Of a stretch of 64,000 bases of DNA, positions 55,133-64,000 are shown piece after piece. The position numbers were made by a program, and so were the translations under genes. Within the stretch, counting starts at the first letter, position 1. Each line of letters begins with the position of its first letter. This DNA is from Vicugna vicugna (taxonomy: Eukaryota): NCBI GenBank assembly GCA_013265495.1, contig MU058451.1, positions 948,584 to 1,012,583 on the forward strand, written 5' to 3'. The notes under the pieces were generated by a model that saw nothing but the letters and a program-made list of their open reading frames with translations, did not search any database and was not told the DNA's origin.

Positions 55133-55660
55133 CATTCATTCGTTCATGTATTCATGAATTCATCTAGTAAATATCTGAGTGCCTAACGCGTGCCAGATAA
55201 CTTATTCAAGTGTCAAGGATACAGAGGCACAAATGAAGACTAAAACCCTGCCATCTCAAGCTTACATTTTGGTAGGGGTGAGAGGCCAATGATACACCTA
55301 ACACACAAGTAAACGATGTAGTTTGCAGCAGGTTCTAAGTGTTATTGGGCGGGTGGGGGACTCAGCATGTTAGAGAGACTGGAAGTCTACAGTGAGAGTT
55401 CCATCACACTGAATAGGGAGGGTAGGGTGGGCTCCCCGAGAAGGCGGGATTTGAAGGTGGTGAGGGAGTCGAGCAGGTGTATAGGGAGGTGGTCCAGGCA
55501 GAGGGACTGCGGTGGCAAAGGCCCTGATCAGAGGAATGGCAGGAAGCAAGGGAGGCAGGCGATGGGGTCTGGTGGGGCTTGTAGGTGAACTGTAATGACT
55601 CAGCTTTCACCCAAACAGGAATGGGAGCCACTGGAGGATCTGAACAGAGGGCTCAGGCAT
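55133..55660 (-). mobile_element. L2 3' end
   Basis: CATTCATTCGTTCATG...AAATATCTGAGTGCCTAACGCGTGCCAG...GCAAAGGCCCTGA...ATGGGAGCCACTGGAGG. Confidence 0.75.
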
Positions 55661-55669
55661 GAAGTCCCT

Positions 55670-57265
55670 AACCATACTGCCTCCTCCTCCACTTCAGACT
55701 TATCTACCTTATTTTCCATCCACCTTCCCTGATGTTTCTGTGGGAAAGCTATTCCTTTTCTAGGCTGATCCACTTCTGTTCTGAATTTAAGCCCCTGCTG
55801 GCCCATCAGAGATTTCCCTCCATCAATTATCTCCTTTACCTATACCATTAACCTCTGCCTCTATAAAGTCAGTGTTGGCAGCCAAAACTACCCTGACCTT
55901 CCAAACACCATCCTCAACCCCTCAGCCCTCTTCCTAAGGGACTACCTTCTCTTCTCCTTTTAACACTTACACACTTGAAAGACATGTTTCTCTTCCTTGT
56001 CTCCACTTCCTCTCCTTCTTCATCAAGTCATCCATCCACTCAATGAACTCAATGAGCACAGATTACCTGCTGGGAACTATGGTGGAGGCACAGAAGAAGG
56101 GCACACGGGCCAGGGGGCCCAAGGGGAATACAGCTTGCTTGTCCACTGAAACCGCTATAGGCTAAATCCATTCATGTTTCTCATTTTTTAATTTTTTGAC
56201 ATAATTTGATAATTGCAGAAAAGTTGCAAGAAGAAGAGAAAAACTTTCAAGATATCCCTCACCCAGATTCCCCAAAATGGTAACATTTTATCAGATTAGC
56301 TTCATCTTTTCTTCTCTCTCTAGAGGTGCCTAGGTATGCATATGGAGAGCTCACGTTTTTTGGTAGGTAGATGTCACTTTACTCATAAATATTTCAGTAT
56401 ATATTTCATAAAACGAGAAATTTCTTCTCTAGGAGGATGCTACTTCATGATCAACATGCCCCAAACTGAGCCACTGTCTTTTTCATCACGCTTCTCTCAA
56501 GGTCCCTCACTCTTTACCCTCTCTCTGCTTCACTCACCCCCATGCTCATTGGTCACTACGATCATATATTCTATTTTATAAATACATTTTAATCCGCACC
56601 CATTGCCAGCACCCTATATCCGGGATTCAGTATTTCTTGCCCAAATTAATGCAAAAAAACCCCTAACTGGTCTCTCCCCTTCAGTTCTCCAGCCTCTCCT
56701 CCATCCTGCTGCAGTCATTCTGTAAGCGAACCTGATCATACCTGACCTCCCATGGCACTCAGGATGAAACACAAACACCGTGCAGAACACATCTGCCTAT
56801 TTAGACTCTGGTCCCTGCCTCCCTACTCAGCTCAGCACAGCCCCCAACCCCCCATAGTTCACACCACATACACCAAGAATGTTGAACCATCAGCAGTTCC
56901 TCCAAGTCCCATGCATCTGTGCCCGGGTCTCCTCCCATGGAATGTCCCCTCTGTTCAGCTTCCCCTTCCCCAATTCTACGTGTGCTTTACTCCCAATCCA
57001 TTCTTTCAGGCTGAGTATGGGCATCTCCTCCAGGAAACCTTCCCTGATCACCCCATCCTAACTGGTCTCCGCTGGGTCCTTCCTGGGTGTTCTCAGGATT
57101 CTCAGAATGCTAGGATTCTTCCGGCGTTACCAAGCTGTACTGTGATGGTCTGGTGATTTGTTCACCCTGTTCAGCCACAAGCCAGGACCATCATCATACA
57201 GCTTTGAATCCATAACAGTACCAAGCACGTTGCCTGTGGTAAGTCAAATTCTAGTGAATGTTTTC
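55670..57265 (+). mobile_element. Fragmented L2 with a nested minus-strand old L1 3' end (~56184-56430)
   Basis: TCCACTTCCTC, CCACTGAAACCGC, CCTAACTGGTCTC, CAGGAAACCTTCCCTGA (L2); GCAGAAAAGTTGCAAGAA...CTCACCCAGATTCCCCA (L1MC-like). Confidence 0.55.
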
Positions 57266-58085
57266 GAAAGAACTATGAGTATAACACCTTTTGTTATTTC
57301 CTTATTGCCTCCAGCTGGTATCATCAGTATAAAGGTTGTACATTTGCATTTCATTTTACATCTCTATATAACTCTTTTTAATTACGGTATATGTGAAATG
57401 ACCCTGAGAGCAAGATTAAATCAATCACAAATTGACAAAAGTACAGCAATCCCAATTGAGAGGTTTTATAAACACAGCAGATAATTTGAAATGGTTAAAA
57501 ATTTAAGAATTCTAATAAAACATAATTGTTAGCTGAAGTAGTCCAAGCTGGGTAATTTGGCAAAGACACAATCATATCCTCACAATTAATTTATTATCAC
57601 AGACACTTTCTTAGCAATTTCAGGATCACAGATGTCAAAAGTGGAGATTTTGTTTGTTGGAGGCAGCCTTTATTAATGAGAAGGAGATTAAAAACTACTA
57701 TAAGGATTTAAAGCTGCTTTACAAAGTCTCATCTCTAGCTGACATGACAGTTACATGGCCAGCGGGTATCAGAAGCCAAATTTTGTGTGATTAGAAGAAT
57801 CATACAGGTGAGAGACAAAGGGAAGAAGTCAAAAATATAAAGATAATTTAGAACAAAACCCCGCATGATTTCATTTCCTTTTATAGGACACCAGGATTTC
57901 AGCAAACCCTTCATCACACTGAATAAAAATACTAGAACTGCAAATATGGGACTCTGAGAAAACCTATGCAGTGTTATATAGGTAATACACACATGCACAT
58001 GCATATGCATGCATATATTTGTATATATATCAATAGGAAAGATAACGTTTGACATTAATGTGAAAATCTAATATTTACTCCTTAC

Positions 58086-58163
58086 CTGAACCTGAGAAAT
58101 TGTCTAAAGACCCGTCTGCTGTTGTTGAAACTATTTCACTGCTGCTCATCGGCTCTGTTTTAA
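58086..58163 (-). CDS. EYA1: EYA1 coding exon (~human exon 4), 78 nt, phase 1-1: (V)KTEPMSSSEIVSTTADGSLDNFSGS(A)
   Basis: Manual minus-strand translation matches the recalled EYA1 N-terminal region; acceptor TTTTTGTAG, donor GTAAGG; not in the ORF track. Confidence 0.96.
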
Positions 58164-58647
58164 CTACAAAAATAAACAATATAGATCATATACCCAACCA
58201 ACAGTTACTGGAAAAGGCACAGTAGAGAAGATACAACATTCAAAATAATGATAAGAAAACAATTTAAAAACCAACCTTTTCATATTTGAATATAAATCAG
58301 ATTAGAATTCCTAACAGTCTTTTTTAAAAAAAAATTCACGTTTTTCTTCCTAAGGAAACAATCGATTGTGACAAGTTGACCTTTAAAAGAAACACTTTAA
58401 GCTAAAAGTAGTTCAATTCATTGTTATCTTACATATTTACTAAACCGCTTACTAAAATAAATAACTTATCCCTCAAATTTACATAATGTGGACATGAAAT
58501 TATTTCCTTGGGTTTATAACCATTTGGCCAAATAGAGTCAAAAGGACAGACTAGAAAGACTTGAAGTGGAAAATGACACCAACAGGCTTTCATGGTGCTC
58601 AAGGTCAGATGCACACGTTCACACATACATGTGTGCATGCGTTCTCA

Positions 58648-58650
<3 letters not shown>

Positions 58651-58683
<33 letters not shown>
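58651..58683 (+). repeat. (AC)16 microsatellite
   Basis: Perfect run seen directly, ~490 bp upstream of the 78-nt exon acceptor. Confidence 0.95.
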
Positions 58684-58684
<1 letters not shown>

Positions 58685-61609
58685 TCTCAGTTATCCAGCA
58701 TGGCTGAAAAACGGTGCTCAGTTTAATGGGTTATTATTACCACCCAACCACATCTAGCAGCCAAATCATGAGTGTCTGATGTACACTTAGTACCAAAACC
58801 ATACTAAATGTAAATGAAGAATAAATAAAATTTCCCATTTAAAAATAATGATAGCAGTAAGTCTGTGGAAAACCCGAATTTTAGTCGAGTCTGTAAAATA
58901 AAAACATTTAAATTGATGCTATAGGTTCTCCAAAGCAAACCCACTCCACTGATAAAATGATGGTATGATTGTACCCCTACAGATAAGACAAATCAACTCA
59001 GAATCCTTCCCCCCACTAGTTTTAGATTTTTTTTTTTAAAAAAGAGCATTATTGCTTTCCCTAGAAACTACTAGTAAAGTGCTATCATTGGAATTTGCCT
59101 AGTCTACTCAGTGGGAGTCACACATTCCTATTAACAGGTTTTCAAAAAGAGGGAATATCTTAGAGGCACCTGGAAATCAATTACGTGTTTCCCAAAATAA
59201 AGGCCTTAACAAGAGAATATCTGGGGAGGCTTCTCTCCCAATGTAACACATTCTGAACTGGGAAAGGGTGATGCCTTCTCTCAGCACTGCCAATCTCTTG
59301 CAAACATCAGGCAGACACTCTCACCCTCTTGCTGAATCTTTTACTAATAAATGCATAGTCAGTAGTTTTAAAATACACATTATAAATAGTTGCAGCAGAT
59401 TAGTCACTTTCAAAAAAACAATTAATTACTGAAACTGTTTCTAAACCAAGTTGAAAAATAAAACCAAGTGAGTCCAAATGGAATCACTTCAACTGACTTT
59501 TAACATAGACCAAACAATAGTGTGACTGAAGTCTTCACTTTTCCCCCAGTTGTTTTGGATCTGAAGCCTTTGTTGATGCTTATAAATTCTGATACAAGCC
59601 TGTGTCTCCCTCCTCTCTTCATGCCTCTGGGAAATTTTGTTTAATACAATTCTCTTCTTCATAACAATGACCCGGCCACAGATGGAGGGAGGCGTGTTAC
59701 GCCACGGCTGGTGCGCAGGTTCCTACTCAGTTCTCCACATTCTAGCTCGCCCTCTTCGAAAAGAACTCATATAATGCCCCGGGCAATTGTTCTGTTTCAC
59801 TCTGCATTGGACAGATTAGCACGAGGATCTGAACTCTGTGTGAAATACCACATGCCCAGAAAAAGAATTAGGCCCAAGGGTAACAGGTTGTACAAAGTAC
59901 CTACCATGTGTCAGATTCTTTGCAGACATTGTGATTAATTCCATTAAACAATTCTGCAAGTCGGTCTCGGAACACAACCCACAAATTCGCCAGCTGTGAG
60001 GCACTGCCTTCTAATGGCATATGCAAAAACTGCAATCAGAGGGGTCTGGAAACTGCCCAAAGTCCCACAGTAAGTGGCAGAAATGGGATCTAGTTTTGGC
60101 TATTTTGTATTCCAAGGCTTGAAGAAATGGCAGTAAGTGACACTTCCCAATGATCAGAGCCTCTCTGCAGCAGAGCAAGGCAACCGAGGCGCTGCCACAC
60201 CCTGTGGAGACAGTGGGTAAACCCCTGCAGTCCTCGTCTTCCTAGAGTGTTAACACTTCCAGGCTAGTGAACTTACTGGAAGATCTCAAGCAGAAGGTCC
60301 ACACCAACCTGTCTGGAAAGACAGTGAGAAGGAAATTCTTCCATGGTGTGAGACGTCCGCCCAGATTACTTCCCAGTTTTTGCCAAACTTAAGGTCTATG
60401 ATTCTGTAGACTGGACTAAAAAATTCACAAAAGTTTGACTGTGCCAAAACCACTCTCACTCCCAGACCCCTAAGACCTGCCCCAACTAGTCCCCATAATT
60501 AGCATGATCAAATACAGCTTTCCCTCCCTAGAGGCGCATTCAATTATACTTGGGATTCCATTAAAACAGGCAAAAAGAATAGGAAGGAAAAGAAGAGGAT
60601 ATTTTTTCTTGTGGGCCCCCAGCCCATCGCTTTTTGCCATTGTTCAAATATACCCACCTATACACTAAGGAATAAAGACTCCCTTTTCCTGATGAACCCA
60701 ATTCTTTAAAAGGCTCACTGTTGAAGAGAAGAGGCAGTACCTAAAGTAACTACCAGGATATTCGTGATTTTATCACTTACTGTAATTGAATCTTTGATCA
60801 CCAGCAGCGACCCGATGCTTAAGAGACTGGTGATTTATTGTGATGTAAAATAGTTTCTGAATGAAAGTCAAATAAACAAAGACCACTTCTGGCTTTGCGG
60901 TTGCCAAGCATATACCCACCGAAAAGTCAAAAAGACAAGAATAATCTCTGGCCACCAAAACTTTGCCCATCCTCACCAGCGCCATCATATTTATAAATAT
61001 TTCATAGGTAATATAATAGAGCACCTTTCCAAAACTTTGAATTTAAAAACACAACACATTAAATTTTTTTTAAAGTTTGAGCAATTTAAAGTATTACCAC
61101 GTCTGAGAACAATGATCTCACCTAAGCCTCCTATCTGAAAAGAAAAACCTATGAATGACCTGTTTGCCTCTAAATAAGGCAGGATTCTTTTATCTCCACC
61201 ACACTTCTTCCTTCATTACATGACTTCAGTCTATTAGAAAACAGCAACTTTTATTCTCTTTTGCCCACTAATCAAAAGTCTTTTTTCTACCACTCCAAGT
61301 TTCCTGTCTTGCAGCTGATACTTAAGGACCTACTCATCCTTTAAAAATATTTGGAAATTCTCCTTTGCCCCTTTAATCTCTCTCAATCCCTTCAAGAGCT
61401 TCCCCCAACCATGCATTTTAGACTTGAGCTATACTGGACAACCTGTGACCTTCCAGAGGTGCCACAGACTTCCATCTATCAATGTCTTTGAGCTTTGGTT
61501 TTTGGACACAAATAATCCAGTTACCTGCTATAACACTTTGTAAAAGCTGTATGATCTCTCCATCCTTAATTATCTCACATAAAAAACTTAAAAAGTGATA
61601 TCTACAGTG

Positions 61610-62045
61610 ATATATAGAGATACAGACACATACACACACAATGGAATACTATGCAGCCATAAAAAGAAAAATCTTTCCATTTGTGACAACATGGATGGAC
61701 CTTGAGGGTATTACTCTAAGTGAAATAAGTCAGATAGAGAAAGCCAAATACAATATGATTTCACTTATATGTGGAATCTATAAAACAAAATAAACAAACA
61801 AAGCAAAACTTATAGACAGAGAGAACAGATACAGATAGAGAGAAAATAATGGTGGTTGCCAGAAGCAGGTTGGGGTGGGCAAAATGGGTGAAGGGGGTCA
61901 AGTGGTACAAACTTCCAGTTATAAAATAAATAAGCCATGGGGATGTAAAATATAGCATGGTGACTATAGTTAATAATATTGTACTGCATATTTGAGAATT
62001 TCTGGGAGAGTACATCTTGAAGGTTCTTGTCAAAAGAAAAGAAAA
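61610..62045 (+). mobile_element. L1MA-like 3' end
   Basis: CAATGGAATACTATGCAGCCATAAAAAG...ACATGGATGGACCTTGAGGG...TATAGCATGGTGACTATAGTTAATAATA. Confidence 0.88.
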
Positions 62046-62222
62046 TGATACCTACATTATATGAATGCAATAGAAACCCATAGAAATGTATGTGAAGTAT
62101 CTCATGTAAAGTAGGAACTGCAATTATATTTATCATCATCATAGCAGTATCATATAACTGCTACACTGAGTGCCTTTCTCCTGGGGAGTAGGACCAGGGA
62201 GCAACAGCGAATAAGAGTTACA

Positions 62223-62256
62223 ATAGATGATAGATAGATAGATAGACAGATAGATA
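62223..62256 (+). repeat. (GATA)n microsatellite, imperfect
   Basis: Seen directly. Confidence 0.9.
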
Positions 62257-63392
62257 AAGAGTAAAAAGTATCAGCTGTGGAATTATCAGTTGGAGTTTAA
62301 TCCAGCTTTGCTATCATCAGTATGGGCCTTGGAAAGTCACTCAACTTCTGTGTGCCTCCGCTTCCTCTTCTGTAGGTGGGGATAATACACTCATAAGGTT
62401 TATAAATGCCTATAAGTCACTTAGCACTGTGCTAGGTCCAGAGGCCATGCTTTTATAGCTACCTTATCATTATAGATGCTGTATCTTTTTTTCAAAAGTA
62501 ATTGTGAGAAATCAAAGTGTTTCTCACGGGACAAAAGTCTGTCATAAACTTCACGGTAAAGTTAAGCTTACCCTTTGAGAAGCAAATGGAAAGAATCTAA
62601 AGCTAAGTGACTTGTCTAAGATCAACCACGAGGCCACTGCCTCAGGATAGTCAAAACCAAATCAAGGCAATTTGGATGTAACTCAAGAAGGCAGGACCAA
62701 ATCACGATTGTATTAAGAAAACATTCATTATAAGTTGGGTCATTATAATCAGTGTATACTCTTTCTGAAGAGACCAGCAAGCAGCAGGATGGTGAATGTG
62801 GCAATGGTGATAGAGGATTCCAGGAGAAAACGTGGGCATCTCTCTCCAGCACTGCTTAGGATGAATATACTGTCAGTGGCCCACAAAAAAAGAGAACACT
62901 GTCTTTGTTCACCATAAATTTAAGTGGAGACAGATCAACCAGATGACAGAAGCTTGGTGACGTTCGCTATCAAGCTCATCCAACTAGCCCGTCATACCAT
63001 GATTCTGTGCTCATCAAGCAATTTCCAGTCACACGTTAAATGCTGCAGTCACAACCCAGGGAGATGATAGGCTGATCAGAGGAGACAAGTACCCAGTCAA
63101 TTGATTAGTTATATTTCTCACTATAAATTAAGAGGGCAGTTAAAGCAAGTTCTCCCCTAGAGTGCAGCTCTGCCTGCTGGTTTGGGAGTTGGCCTCAGTG
63201 CTAAGAATTTGCCCAGGATTACAGTGAAGGCAGCAGCCTGAGTGAGCCAGAGGTCCTCCCCATGCAATATCTAAACTCATCTCGTAACTTTTCTTTCAAT
63301 TGTAATAGTACAACTTGCCTTTGCTTGGCACACTCTTGTCCTTCCTGTTTTGTTTCCTACTATAATGCTCAAGGACTTCAAAAACTCAGTTC

Positions 63393-63687
63393 TCACAGAC
63401 ATAGACAACATGATGGTTACCAGGGCGGCAGGGGGGAAGTGGGTGGGAAGGGTTAAATTGAGAGTTTGAGACTTGAAGATATTTATATGAAATAAATAAA
63501 CAGCAAGTTTATACTGTACAGCACAGGGATCTATATTCAATATCTTGTAGTAACTTATGGTGAAAACGAATATATGTATATTCATGTATGACTGAAGCAT
63601 TATGCTGTACACCAGAAATTGACATAACATTGTAAACTGACTATACTTCAATAAAAATACATACATACCAAAACAAATAAACAAACA
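63393..63687 (+). mobile_element. 5'-truncated L1 3' end
   Basis: TCACAGACATAGACAACATGATGGTTACCA...CTATACTTCAATAAAAA plus patterned tail; TSD AAAAACTCAGTTC (63380-63392) / AAAAACTTCAGTTC (63688-63701). Confidence 0.9.
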
Positions 63688-64000
63688 AAAAACTTCAGTT
63701 CACCATCTCTGCATTATTCTTTATGATTTCCATCCTCTCTTCTATCTCAGTGAGATTTACCTTCATTCCACTCTGGTTATTGAACAGTTCAGCTACACTG
63801 CTTCCTAGAACCGCATTGCCTCTAAATAATGTCACCTTTTATCTTTTTCATTTGCTCGCTTCTGCCAGACTTGCTCTTTAAGGGTCACCAGTATAGCCTC
63901 TTTCCAAACCTCTATCCATTCCCTACTCCAATTTCACCAGCCCATCCTGGAACCCAGAGCTAAAATCAATCCTACGTTGCTTCATTTTCCAAAGTTGTTT

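Noticed and set aside
63277..63684. 135-aa hydrophobic ORF and similar ORFs at 15175, 16890, 23887, 36524 and 36881
   Set aside because: All are antisense translations of L1 3' UTR copies, which explains their mutual similarity.

Overview
Mammalian genomic DNA, most likely camelid (two tRNA-Ala-derived Vic-1-like SINEs; no Alu, B1, Bov-A/BovB, PRE-1 or SINEC seen). The whole window lies inside EYA1 (eyes absent 1) on the minus strand. Eight consecutive coding exons are present (78, 70, 146, 138, 83, 187, 140 and 84 nt; 926 nt in total; equivalent to human exons ~4-11 as recalled). All have GT-AG boundaries and matching phases, running from (V)KTEPMSSSE to the HAD phosphatase motif WDLDET...YGR. 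The start and the 3' part of the gene lie outside the window. The rest is intron filled with L1 3' ends, L2, MIR and DNA-transposon relics. Apart from EYA1 exon pieces and L1 ORF2 remnants, the ORF-track entries look like noise. I found no convincing new multi-gene system. The most unusual item is a 5' half of tRNA-Gly(TCC) joined head-to-head to a truncated L1 3' end (36461-36747), which looks like twin priming on two different RNAs. Other items of note are a candidate L1 3' transduction, an L1 sitting at an apparent deletion breakpoint, and in-frame tandem splice sites in EYA1. Repeat family names come from recalled consensus sequences, and repeat boundaries are approximate unless TSDs are given.
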